Shown here piece after piece: positions 48,810 to 61,179 of a DNA stretch of 64,000 nt. Numbering within the stretch: the stretch's first letter is position 1; each line of letters begins with the position of its first letter. The stretch spans positions 9,054,001 to 9,118,000 of the forward strand of contig OZ076409.1 of the NCBI GenBank assembly GCA_964187785.1, written 5' to 3'. Source of the stretch: Amphiscolops sp. MND2022. Taxonomy: Eukaryota. Made by a program: the position numbers and the translations under genes. A model generated the notes under the pieces. That model made no database searches. It saw only the letters and a program-made list of their open reading frames with translations, and had not been told where the DNA came from.

Positions 48810-49301
48810 GAATCTAGGAAAACTCGTTGGAAACAACTCGTCGAAAACAACTCGCCGAAAACAACTGGTCGAAAATACTAAGCGGAAAACTCGTCGAAAA
48901 GCAACTCGCCGAAAATTCTCCGGTGGAAAACTCGTCGCAAGAATAGAAAATAATCTCATGCAAATATAGTGCTAACTTTGTGATCATACCGTGTCATGAA
49001 GTTCTAAATTATTATGAAGTACTGAACTGTAAACCATAAAAATGAAACATTTCAAACAATTATTTAACTATAAAAGCTGTACTATGCGTAAAACTGAAAA
49101 TTTCACGCATCAATTAACGAAAATTTGTCTCTAATTAGTACTGGATAAGCCGTTTGGGTAATATGTAACTATTCGACGAGTTCTCACCTAATTATCACTC
49201 GACGAGTTAATTTTCGACCAGTTTTCCGCCTTTTAATTTCGACGAGTTGTTTTCGACGAGTTGCATTCAGCGAGTTGTTTTCAACGAGTTTTCCGCATAC
49301 C
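48810..49301. mobile_element. Mutator-like MITE
   Basis: Perfect 9-bp TSD gagttaaac (48801-48809 and 49302-49310). G-initiated TIRs with tandem aactcgtcgaaaa subrepeats. Confidence 0.8.
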
Positions 49302-49994
49302 GAGTTAAACATTCTTAAGTCTTTTGAGTTAGCCAAAAGAACCATAACTGAATCTCACCTTTGTTAAAATTGTCTGAGCTTTGTGCATGCCTTTTAATGT
49401 TGGCGGCAACCATTGTTAAGACTTTCGAAAAATTTTCGGAAACTTCAATGCGAAACTTTTCCCTGTTGTATTCGACTTTTATCAAGCTGCTTGAAAGATT
49501 GCTCAAAGTTTTGGCGGCAATTTCAAGCCCTTAGTGTTGGTAATGAAGTGGAATTCATTTTCAAATTTAATTTGCAGCAATGTAAAATGCAGTGTAATTT
49601 TATAAGATTTACCAATAGAATTTTACTGAATTTTACACTTCGTCGCAACTTGTAGTTGTGTGGTCTGTCATATTTATGCGTGTATTTTCACTGTTATTAG
49701 CTGTATTTACTAGCTCGAGAGCTAGTTTTAGCAATTTTAGACGTTACTTCAAAGCGTCGAAAATTATCTTTCGATCAAATTGTCTATTTCACAGTGCCTA
49801 AAAACCAAGGCGAACCTTTTCGGATGAGGGCGCAATATTTTCGAACAACCGCCTACTCATTAGTAATACACAATTTACTTCGGATACAACATCAAAAGTT
49901 AGCAATTGGCGTGCTGGGCGCTAAATCGGAGCGCTTTATTTCGATTCTCCGCTGCCCCCGTGGTAAAACGCAGTTTACTTCGAATAAAATATCA

Positions 49995-51610
49995 ACAAGC
50001 CGGGACCGGCCCAAGTCGGTGCCATATCCAAGACTCAAAAATAGCAGAAGGACATCAAAGTTTCAAAGTATTCTCTTCTACAGCACTAAAAAAATATATT
50101 TTGAAAAAGTCTCAAAACGCCGAAAAAAATTGAAAGGGGGACCCTTTGGGATTTTTCTATACCCAGTCTGTCGCAAAACCCAAAAATAAATTGAAGGGGG
50201 GACCCTTTGGGGATTTTTTTTCAGAAAAAAGTCTCGCAATGCCGAAAATAACTGAAAGGGGTGACCCTTTGGTCTCGTCCGTCATTGTATGTTATGCGGG
50301 AAACTTTTTGGTTCTATTCCCTGGGCCAACAGGTGAAATTTGAAATTTTGTAGAACTTTTGGTAGAACTATTTTGGTCAGTTCAGGTGGTCATGAAAAAC
50401 AAGACGAGAACGTCTAAAGTCGGCTCCATATCTAAGGCTCAAAAAGCGCAAAACAATTTTTCGGAAAAAAACTTGAAATTTTTGAAAAAAAATTTTCTTT
50501 CGAAAAAAGTCGCATAGTGCCGAAAAATGTAAAAGGGGGACCCTTCTGGATTTATTAACATACATTCCGTTGCAAAATATCAAAAACCTCGAAGGGGGGA
50601 CCCTTTGGGGACATTGAAAAATTTTCGAAAAAAAGTCGCACAGTGCCGAAAAAAATCCAAAGGGGGACCCTTTAGGCACGTCCGGTTTTGTGGGTTTCCT
50701 TGAAAAAGTAAATAAAAAGTAAAAAACCAAAGGGGGACCCTTTGGAATAACTTAGATGCGTTTCCGGGGTATTCGTTTAGTTGAAGATACTGAACGTTAA
50801 CGTTCGTCGCTTCGAGTCTGTCTCAAATAAAAAAAACGAGTGACTGTAATAGTCGGGCTCTTTTCTTAAGAAAAGCGCCGACTAAGAACACTGACGAAAA
50901 ATCATGACTATAGTCGACTCTTTTCTCTAGAAAAGCGCCGACTAAAAAATTCGAGTATAGAGCAATATAGTTTGGATATGACGACATACAAAGTCAGATA
51001 TAACGCAATATGTTGTTCATATCAAAAAAGACAATCAATATAGTTTAGTTCGCTAGGCCAAAAGGAACGTTTCAAGATTTTGTACAACTTTCGAAGAAAT
51101 ATTTTGGTCAGTTCGTGTGGATTGAAAAAAAACGTCCAAAAGCCACTGTAATAGTTGCGCTTTCAGTCGGGAAGAAGAAAAAGCGCCCAACTATTACAGT
51201 GGCTTGTTTTTTTTCTTTTTTTTTCGCCAGACCACAGACCTCATTATGTATGTACCACTTTTTGTGCACTGTGCACTTTTACCAGAAGTACTTAGAGTAC
51301 TTGATTTTGAACGCATCCAAAGCCTCTAACGTGAAATACAAAACCATTGCAAAGCAGAAAGGTACCCCTTTTCAATTTTTCGTCACTATTAGACTTTCCC
51401 CAAAAAAGTTGTGAGACTTTTTTTCGAAAATTTTTCAGTGTCTTCAAAGGCCCCCTTTCAATTTTTTGATATTTTGCAACAAACTGGAATTTCAAAAAAT
51501 CCAACGGATCTCCATTTTAGTATTTTAAAAACTTTGCGCTTTTTGAGCTTGAGATATAGCGGCGACTTTAGACGTCCCCGCCTTGTTATTCCTTAAAAGC
51601 GCCGACTAAA
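49995..51610. repeat. Cluster of tandem/nested HINE-like copies in both orientations
   Basis: aacaag..agtcgg..atatctaaggctc starts at ~49995 and ~50398, with an inverted copy ending ~51588. Many gggggaccctt repeats and agtcg..cgact hairpins at 50850-50945. Confidence 0.65.
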
Positions 51611-51639
51611 AAGTGTTTGGTGATTTGGGTGGAACTAAC

Positions 51640-52024
51640 CAGACGTAACAGACAAGCACTGGAAAATGGAAGTGAATAAATAAGCTCGTGCTCCTTCTTT
51701 GGTGTTGTGTTTTATCCACTCGAAGCTTCCGAACACAATGGGCAGCATTTCTGGCTTAGCCCTCTGAGTATAACACCTGAAGGCACAGTTAAACTCAGCC
51801 ACACATTCCATACTGTTTGTCCACGCCTCGTCTAACAAGATTATCATAACTTTGCAGTTGATGGCGTTCAGAAGGATCTCATCCCGGAAAGCAGCGCCTG
51901 GACTCATTTCCAGACAGATGAACGTGCTAACTCCGGCTTCTTCCAGGAAATCGTGCAAGAGCTTGGCTGTGTCTTTCGTAGTCCGACAACAGTGGCTGAT
52001 GAAAACGTCACAAGGTGACGTCAT
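51640..52024 (-). CDS. First coding exon: TIR domain (TIR_2/SARM1-like)
   Basis: DVFISHC box 1, LHDFLEEAGVSTF, EILLNAINCKVMIILLDEAWTNSMECVAEF (conserved Glu codon at 51794-51796) and MLPIVF. ATG context caaaATG. Phase-1 donor G|GTTAGT at 51639. Confidence 0.88.
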
Positions 52025-52049
52025 TTTGGGTCACGTGACGATTCAGGCC

Positions 52050-52980
52050 GAATCTAGGAAAACTCGTCGAATAGGGAAAAGGAGGTCTAGCTGCTTCTAA
52101 TTTATTTGCTTCTAATCGAAATCTCTTTTTACTTCTAATTAAATTTCTTCAGCTGCTATGTAGTTGCTTCTAATTTATCTACATGTAAGCTAGCTGCTTC
52201 TAAAAATGAATACAGCACAAGCGACGAAATAATTACGATAATGTAATCAGCTATGCTCACATACCCCTAGTGCCCTAAATGCAGGAGCGAAGCGAAGCGG
52301 AGCGACGTGCCATATGGCCATGTCTCAATGTTGCTGCTTGGCGAAGGGAGCGAAGCGACCGAGCCATACAACAAATATGCTAACCTCTTCAAATTGTAAC
52401 CTGAAAATAATCGCTGTTATGGAATTCCTTCGACGCTTTGAATAGCTTTAATTTTTTCGACGTTTTGAATATTCTACGGTTTGAATAGTCACCGTTAGAA
52501 TCGTCTAAATTTGGAAGCTAGTAGTTTTAGGAGCAACTAGTTTTAGAAGCAGCTAGATTTAGATGTAACTCGTCATTTCAAAATTAGAAGCAACTGGGCA
52601 GACCCGTCGAAAAGCAACTCGCCAAAAATTGGCTGGCGGAAACTTGTCGCAACAACAGAAAATAATCTCAGACAAATATACCGGTTTGTGATCGTGCTGT
52701 TATTAAGTTCCAACTTATTATGAAGCATTACACTGTAAACTAAAAAAAGTGAAATATTTCAAGCAAATATATAACTGAAAAGCTATATTATGCGTAAAAC
52801 TGAAAATTTCACGCATCAATTAAGGAAAATTAATAAATAATTAGCACTGGATAATCCCTGTTTGTAATCTTAAAATTATTCGACGAGTTTGCAGTCAATT
52901 TTTATTCGACGAGTTAATTTTCGACCAGTTTTCCGCCTTTCAATTTCGACGAGTTGTTTTCGACGAGTTTTCCGCATACT
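52050..52980. mobile_element. Second Mutator-like MITE copy with a nested MITE (~52082-52605)
   Basis: Same termini as 48810-49301, with TSD attcaggcc/attcaagtc (7/9). The inner element has ggtctagctgcttctaattt / aaattagaagcaactgggcagacc ends. Confidence 0.75.
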
Positions 52981-53110
52981 ATTCAAGTCACGTGGTTTTG
53001 AGAAGACGTGGTTTTCTTCCAGGTCACGTGATTTTTAATTGTGGTCACGCCGTTTCCTGCTCATATGACGAAAAGCACCTGCCGTCTGTCAACAAATAAA
53101 GGTAAGTTGG
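52981..53110. promoter_or_regulatory. Candidate bidirectional promoter with clustered GTCACGTG E-boxes
   Basis: gtcacgtg at ~52987 and ~53023, gtcacgcc at ~53044, plus gtcacgtgac at 52030 on the other side of the MITE. Consensus plus-strand donor AG|GTAAGT at ~53101. Confidence 0.45.
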
Positions 53111-53375
53111 TAAGAAATATTGCTTCTATGTTTTCTCGTAATTAAAGAAATCTTGCTATCGGGATTGTTCAAAACCAATAAATTGCAAAACATATCAATA
53201 ATCAGCTGATAATCATATGTATTTTCAGCAAAGAAATGAAAAATCAATTGGAGAATAAAAAAATAGATTTTTTTTCTGTCAAATGTTTTGCAAAATTATA
53301 ACGTTAGTTAAAGATGTAAGCGACCGGTTTCTGCCCGTTGAAATGAGTCAAAAACTAAATCAGTCACAAAGAAGC

Positions 53376-53735
53376 AGAATTTTGACACCTCTGATCAACG
53401 ATTTAGATAATTAGCGGCCGCGTAGAATTTTTCAGCGATTCTATTAGCGATTCAAATTAGCGGCAACTAATAGATTGTCCATATTCAAAATCTTTTCGGT
53501 AAATACTCGGAGATTCAAAATGAATTTCAGAAAATTCAAAGTCTTACACTTGTAAAAATCACACAGTATGAGAATTTTATTTTCTTGTAAAAATTGAATT
53601 AAGTTATTGTTTATATTTAAAACATTCTTGAAATCGAACATTTAATAGTTTGAAGAAAAAGTTTTTCAGCGAAATAGCAATTTTCCGATAAGCGGTTTAG
53701 CGATTAGCGAAGAAATTATAGATGTCAAAAGTCTG
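53376..53735. mobile_element. hAT-like MITE
   Basis: TIR cagaattttgaca / tgtcaaaagtctg with internal ttagcga subrepeats. The TSD is imperfect. Confidence 0.45.
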
Positions 53736-55019
53736 CCAAGAAATAACAAGAAATGAGGTGAACATTGGCGGAAGAAAGTTTGGCGGTCTAATTGAAGAGA
53801 CGATCAGCCCATTAAGAGCAAGCAGACTTCAGTCAGCACTGGATGGAAATGTCTAGCACAAAATATTGAAAATACGTCGTTGTAAACTTCTAATAAAACT
53901 GTCATTTTGGAAGTCCGAGATCGGAGGTTGAGGAAATTGGCTGTTTCCAAAATTTCCGTCTGTGGTCGCTAAATCGGAACTTGAAAATTTAGCTGAAAAG
54001 GTCCAGAAAATGAAGCCGATATATCGGTCGTGAAAACTTGTTATTGGAGGCCTTTTGTTTTTTTTTGAAACCTAACAACTGCAACAGACTTTCCCACTTT
54101 GGACCCATAGTTGAAATATTCAACAATTTGTCTACAATATATTTTTTATTTATGTACCCTAGTCGACCCTTCCGGAAAGTTTTCCATGTTGTATCCATGC
54201 ATGCATTCTAATTTTTTTGTGAAAATTTAGTGTGAAAAATTTTGTGAAATGTCCATGCAGCCTGCAAAATCCTCTAAGCAGTTCCATGAACATTTGAAAA
54301 ACTTCCGTGCAGTCTAGAAAAAGTTTGAAAAAAATTCAAACAATTTCAATGAAAATTTTCGACATTCAACACTATGCAATTTGCAATTCGATAATTTAAC
54401 AAACCAGCTTGCAAGGCTCAGACTTGAAGAGAAAGCCTTTTTAAGAGGCACTATGTTTTGCAGAAGTTTCACTGCTAACAATTTCGTAAAAGTAAGGTTA
54501 TCAAGCTGAATGAAGACCAGTGAGCAAGCGTTCTGAATTCGAAACATGCAAGAAAGATCTCTAGAGTAAACTAAAATGTTTATTTAGTTTTACATGGAGT
54601 CATAGTCGTTCTGTGCTGTACTGTATGTCACGTATGATTCCTCGGGCAAATATTCGACGTAAATATATTCCAGAATGTAATAAATGGATCTTATGAAAGA
54701 GCCTTGCTCTGGTTATAACCACTATATACGGTAAACTACTGTTCATAACTGCCAAGCATTTAGAGGTTAAATTATACTGATCACATACGCTAGAATACAA
54801 AGAAGCTAACGACAGTCAATATGCCTAATAGAAAATTTCAAGTTATAATAAATTTTTACATATTCAATAGACAGAAAAGTCCCGGCAGCAAAAATCTGTC
54901 ATATTTCGATCAGAACTCAGTTTGAAATCAAGAACCATGTCATCTATCACCCCCTGCGGCGGGGGATATAAGGCTGAAGGTTCAAATACAATTATGTCGA
55001 CATCGTTTGCGTTGGAATT

Positions 55020-55501
55020 GGACCATGTGATCTATTCCCCCCCCCCCCCAGGTACACCTTGTTAGGAATTTCCCGCCCCCCCCCCCCCCCAAAACGAAAA
55101 CGGCTTTTTCACAAGTATATTAATTATTGATTGAATAAAACAAGTTGATATGCTTACAAATATTAACAAACGCGTGAATTTAAACTTCGTGGCAAAGACC
55201 CAAATTTTTTAAATGCTGAATGCAAAGTTCGTAGTTCTGTAAATATGGAAGTATGTCCGTTTGGAAGCACATTTCAAAGAATAATGATTGATTTTAACTG
55301 TCAATCAATGTAAAAGATATGATTATGTCGACATCAATTATTTTATTGGACTAAAATTTCAACGCAACGATGTCGACATAATGGTATTTGACTATTTAAA
55401 ATGCTATGTCGACATAATTAATTCGTTTAAAACTAGTATTTGAACCTAGTGTATTATTTCCCCCCCGCCGCAGTTTGGGGGGGAAATAGATCACATGGTC
55501 C
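55020..55501. mobile_element. Merlin-like MITE nested in a copy of its own family (~54930-55800)
   Basis: TIR ggaccatgtgatctatt / aatagatcacatggtcc with perfect 8-bp TSD ttggaatt. A related end lies at 60706-60945. Confidence 0.7.
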
Positions 55502-56324
55502 TTGGAATTTTGGTCCAATAAAGTAATTGATGTCGACATAATCCTATCCATTACATCGACTGTCAGTTAAAAGTTGCTCATTAAATTTTATCACGGAGAA
55601 AATTTGCGTTGAAATAGGGGCCTTTTTATACGATTTTAGCTTGTTCCAAACGTAAATTTCAGCTATTTTGGACAATAATATCAAAAAATTATGGTAATTT
55701 TTTTACCTGAAGTGTCCAAACAGTTGTAGAGACAATCCTCTAAGTATTCACAACCATATTTACTTCTCTCATTAGTGAAATATTTTTATTCAAGAACAAA
55801 ATGTGCTTTCGTGTAGGTATATCACCGCTTATTTTTTATTTCTGGCTTTTTTCGAAGTTTATTATGCAATATCGTGAAAACCGCCGTTAGTAACAAAAAT
55901 GCCAGAGATCACTAGCTTTGTACCTTTCATTAAGTTCTCAAATGTTTGATTTCAACACATTTTCTGACAAGTCTACTTAAGAATATACACTTCAAATTAG
56001 TAAGAAAAGGCAATTATTTCAATTTTATTCTGTACAATTTTTGTTTCGACGGAATTACAATTGTTTTGGGCTAGCCAATTACATACCAATTGGATCTTGT
56101 TTTCAATCCTTTTAGATCATATTTTTGCTTAATTCAGATCTGAATTTGCAATTGTGAGAGCATAATCCAATGATTTTTCAACGTCAGGTGCATTTTTTGG
56201 ATCTTCCATGATCAATTTTGGGCCTGAAATTTTTAGATCGTAATTCCATAATGCTGGATGTTTTTGGATAATTTATTAGCTCATTTGCCGAGACTTCTGA
56301 AGGTTTTATGATGAATGAGGTTCT

Positions 56325-56512
56325 AAACGGGAATCTTGAAACCTCTTGCATTTTCTTGCCTATTCTTGGTTTTTCTTGAAACTCTTGATAAGAATCTTGG
56401 AATTTCTTGAATTTCTTGGCACGATCTTGCAAGATCTTGCAATTTCTTGGATTTCTTGGTAAGAGTCTTGGCAAGATTCTTACCAAGAGTTCCAAGAGTT
56501 TTTACACTGGGC
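56325..56512. repeat. Short-period tcttg/caaga tandem array ending in a TIR-like ttttacactggg
   Basis: About 10-11-bp periodic tcttg units. A similar array lies at 48600-48720. Confidence 0.55.
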
Positions 56513-57458
56513 TGTTCATTTTAGAGAAAGTATTTTCAAAGAAAATGTTCAGTCAAAAAAGTTGAAGAACAGCGTCAAGGCTACAAATTTGGTCTCGCGG
56601 ATTTATTTCTCTGACCAATGGTTTTCGACATATTGCATAATGAAATTCAAGAAAATTCAAAAAAATCAAGATGATAATCATGATTGAATACTTTTAAACT
56701 TTTTTTTAAAAAAGTGAGGATCCTATCCTAATAAAATGGCAAACTACAGTACCGTGAAATTAATTTTTCTAAAATATTACACTGCAGATTTTAAAAGTAT
56801 GTCTATGGATTATATTCTCGCATAAGTAAACAGAACTTGTTCATTAAGTGTGGTCAGAATAATACTTCACATTTTTGCGTCCGAGCGTTAAATTCCGCGA
56901 AGCTTCAGCACATGTTTCAAACTTTATGTGACAGTCAGTTGATTTTAGAGTCTCTCTCTCTCTATCTTTCTTTGTTTCTTCCTTTTTTTCTCTTTTCTTT
57001 TTGTAACTGTCATTTTGTTTCAACTGAGTAATTCTCATGACATGACAAAGATTCTAACGTCAAAAGATTTTATGAGGCTACCAAACGTTCCGTGGAGAAA
57101 AACGTTGGAATTTCGATTAACACAGTATTCATGTTAAATTAGTTTTTTTGTGATGCGCGATAGAACTGTATAGTAGTGTCAGCACCTTCGTGTACAAGCA
57201 TTGATCCAATCGACAGCATATTCAGCAATGACGAAAGTCTAAAAAAAACTCGAAAAAAACGAAAACTGGAGGTTTCCAGCGTAGACGAGGAGCTCGAACA
57301 TTTTTCAAACATATCGATAGAGATATCTCGGCTTTCATTTTCTTCAAAACTGTTCGAAACTCTGATAAAACGCTTTCAAAACGCTGATCGTTTTGAATCG
57401 ATAAAACGGTGTTCGATAAAGCGCTATCGTGTTTTGCTACATGAAATTGTCTAGTGTA

Positions 57459-57886
57459 TAAGGGTGTGCGGTTAAGGAAAAAATTAAACTCGGTCAATGA
57501 TCACTCAATGGCAGCTTATTAATTGAAAAGTCGGTGAAAATCAATGAATTCAAAATGGTTAAAAATTCATCATTTCAAAATGTTTTCGTCGAGAAAAATT
57601 AGCATTATGAAGTTTGCTGGAGAAATACTTTGCCTATCACTGGAAATAAAGTTACCTCCGTCACCCCATACTCTTTCACTTGGTATAATACTCGGGAGCC
57701 AAATTTGCGAGTGCCGGAAATTGGACCTTATTTTTTTCCAAATCCGGAAATTATTAGATATTTGCAACTGAAACGATGCTGGAAATATTACATGGCTTGC
57801 TAAAAAAGCCAATGAGAATTGAAATTGAATCATTGACTGAAATTTTACAGCGCTGATAAAACCAATGAATTAATCGCACACCCCTA
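57459..57886. mobile_element. hAT MITE
   Basis: TIR taagggtgtgcggttaa / ttaatcgcacaccccta with perfect 8-bp TSD ctagtgta. Confidence 0.8.
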
Positions 57887-58387
57887 CTAGTGTAACACAA
57901 CCTAGGAAATGGGAATATTTCCTTTTGATTTGAAACTTTCTGCTATCAAGTTTGCATACTTCCCACGTCCAGGAAATTCACATGGCCATGCAGGGAATTG
58001 CATGGGATTTTTGTTCTGGAAAGTCTTTTACATGCTAGGGAAAACAAAAAGTAACTTTGAAAAAAGCCTTACTTGTATTCCTTGATAAAACTGCAGCGAA
58101 TTCCAACAAAATACAAATAGTCTGTTTTTTTAATGGCTCAACTTGCTATAGCATTTATGTTTCCTGAGATAATAAATAGTTCTGTCTGAACCGGCTGTGG
58201 TAAAAGCTATTGATAACCGGGTTGCTGAAGTTCTTGAACATGGAGAATGGAGAGAGAGACGTGACTCCTTCAACGCGAAGTGGAAAATTCCATTCAGCTA
58301 TAAATATAGGTTGATCGAAGATATTTTACGCACTGCTGTGCAATAATCTTTTCTGTGGTTCTTTTCTGTAAAATATCCCCCAATGGT

Positions 58388-58853
58388 GTAGTCATAAACT
58401 GTAGTACCCCCCCCCCCCCACCACCACCACCACACCAAAATTTTTGAAAGTAAATTTCCTTAAAAGTTTCACACTGGACTAATTAAAAAGTAAAACTTTT
58501 TTTCAAAACAGGAAGTTAACGTCTCTTAGAATAGTTTTTTTTTGTTTGAACAAAATTTTTTCACGCATTTTGACTATAAATATGTGTTTGTATAAATTGT
58601 TTTTTGTTACTCAAAACAGGAAGTTGTGAGTTTGTTTATCAAGAATGCGTGACTTCATAGACAAAAAAAGTGTGAACAAAGTATGTATTTCAATTACAAA
58701 CTGTCACACTGGAAATAAATATAAAATTGAAGGTTTCTGGCTTGTATTCAAGTCTTTTTGTAACAATATTTTCACTAATTTCCCGAAAAAATTTTGGCGA
58801 TGGGGGGGGGGAAGCAGAAAAGAACCGCCACAATCTTCAGTTTTTATGACTAC
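58388..58853. mobile_element. MITE, same family as 46495-46857
   Basis: gtagtcataaactg / cagtttttatgactac inverted ends. The interior is colinear with the 46.5-kb copy. Confidence 0.65.
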
Positions 58854-59735
58854 AGTGATGGTAGACATTCGATGGTAGTTTAAAAGACGTGAATGTTTTT
58901 CTTAAGCTGACATGTGCGGCAATGAAGGAAGTAAATAAAAGTAATTGAAAATAGATTGCTGCTGCCGAAAAAAAATGGTTCTGCTACATTTGTGTGTTCA
59001 ACAGAGATTCCTATGTCTGCGTCTCTTTGTAATTTCAGACGCAGCTCGGGAGAGCTCGATAAACTACAGTGAAAAACGGTGGTGTATGAATTCTTACAGG
59101 AATTCTTACTTGTCTAAATTGTCACCACCATCAATAATTTCTTGTAGTTACTTGTTACTTGTAGTTGTATTTGGCGTGGTGTAAGGGCGAGTTCAACATA
59201 CATGTTATTGGTACTACCAATGAAGAGCCAAGTTTACATTTAAATGACAATTCGGGTAATAATCCACAAGCGGCGGTCTCATTAAATATTCTTTTGGGAT
59301 ATCGGAACGCCAATTCTGGGGAAGAAAAAGAGGGAAAAGCGAAGCGCTTGCACCTTCAGAAAGCAAGCGATGCAAGAAGGGAGTAAAAAAATTGGGGGGG
59401 GGGGGGTGGTCTTTTGAACAAAAGAAATTGGGAGAAAAAAAGAAAAAAGGAGGTACAAGCAATTCAGCATGAACTTTTCTTTTTTAGCGATTATGGATTT
59501 ATTGGAGCCTGGAAGCTATCTATTGCACACACTGTGAAGTTAACAAGGGATGCAGAATTCAAACTGCAGGCAGGCAATCAACTTGGTCGTACAGGTGAAC
59601 CATTTTTGTCTCCCTGCGTTTTGAATGAGCCCTGAAGTGTTGTTGCAAAGCTTCCATTAGATTGAACATGCTTGGCTGGAGAGTCTGGGAAAACTCAAGG
59701 AGAATTCCAGTGACCTCCCATCAATCGGCACCCTG

Positions 59736-60175
59736 GTAAAATAGGATTGTGTACAGACAAAACCACCCCAGACAAAAGCGCCTATTTTACACAGTCAAAA
59801 GCGCCCCAAAACAAAATGTCTAGCTAATTTTTGAGGTGATTCCACCGCCTCTAATTAAACTTAAGTGAAGGTGTTCAAAAGGAATAATTCACACCAAACC
59901 AATTCCAATTGAAAACGACTTAAACTGCCAAAATTGGCATTTCTGAACCAAATATAGTAATTTCTTAAAGAAGCGATTAGTCTTTTCAAAGTGAAAAACT
60001 GATAAATACTTAATTGGAATTTGAAGTTTGTCGTAAAAAGATTCAACAAGTTTTCGTACAGCCTTTGATTGGGGCGCATATGACTGGGGCGCTTTTGACT
60101 GTATTTTTGGCGCTTTTGACTGGGGCATTTTTGTGCTTTTGTCTGATAATATGTAGAATGTTATTAGTTTTACCA
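59736..60175. mobile_element. MITE with aaaagcgcccc subterminal repeats
   Basis: cagtcaaaagcgcccc repeats on the left are mirrored by ggggcgcttttgactg on the right, with ggtaaaa/ttttacc ends. Confidence 0.5.
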
Positions 60176-61179
60176 AAATTGTCATATTCTACCGCTAGTA
60201 ATGACATCGGAAAAAGGTTGAGCATATGTACACGAAGGATTTTGTTTATCAGAATACTTCCTCTAAACTATTTCCGGTTGAAAAATTACACTTGTCTAAA
60301 TTGATGGATTAAAATGATGGATTAGAAAAACCATCCCATCTCCGCTTAGAAGTGGAAATTGAGATGTAGAATACATTAGAAAGAACAAGACAGCAACAGA
60401 ACTCAGACTGTTAATTAGTCACTTTTCTATGTGGCCAATCTTCTCATTGTTGTCGAATCACCATCACTGGTCCTGTCAGACAGGAAATCACAGGGTCATG
60501 ACAATTCATGTAGGGTTCCTTCTGGATGTTACCATCATTCGTGTGGTTGTTGACTTCAGTTCCACCGTTCTGTTGTAGGTAACTATTGACTGGCAGAAAT
60601 AGGAATTGATTTCAGACCATCGAGCATCCTTTTCAAAGTTTCTGATAAAGCTCTAGTTGTTCGTTTCACTCTTCCTTTCCAGAGCTTAACTAAGAAAAGC
60701 TAGTGGACCAGGTCATCTATTTACCACCCCCCTAGGTACGCCTTGTTGGGAATATCCCTCAACACGAAAGCATTTTGTTCTTGAATAAAACTATTTCACT
60801 AATAAGAGAATATTATATGAATGTAAATACTGAGAGGATTGTTTGGACACTTCAGGCAAAAAAACTTACCATAATTTTTTGATATTATTGTCCAAAATAG
60901 CAGAAATTTACGTTTGTAACAACCTAAAATTGTATATAAAGGCCCTGTAGAGGACACACAAACTCACTTAAACTAATTAGTCTGCTTGTACTATTTATAC
61001 TTACTAATTTAAAGTACCTGCCCGCCACATAAGTGCGGATGAACTGAATACATTCAGTGATAGAAAAAGAAGAGACAAGAATCAGTTGAATTTTAGTAAA
61101 CAATATCTTTCTCTTTACAAGTCAGCTATAGATACAACATGGCGCAGTCAGAGTAACCTTCACAAGTTACTGAAGATTA

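Noticed and set aside
48810..48940. CRISPR-like or iteron-like short direct repeats (aactcgtcgaaaa; also tcttg at 56.3 kb)
   Set aside because: No unique spacers and no cas genes in a eukaryotic context. These are MITE subterminal repeats.
59030..59700. Possible plus-strand exons of the gene divergent from the TIR gene
   Set aside because: Several acceptor-like sites, but no consistent open spliced frame or domain.
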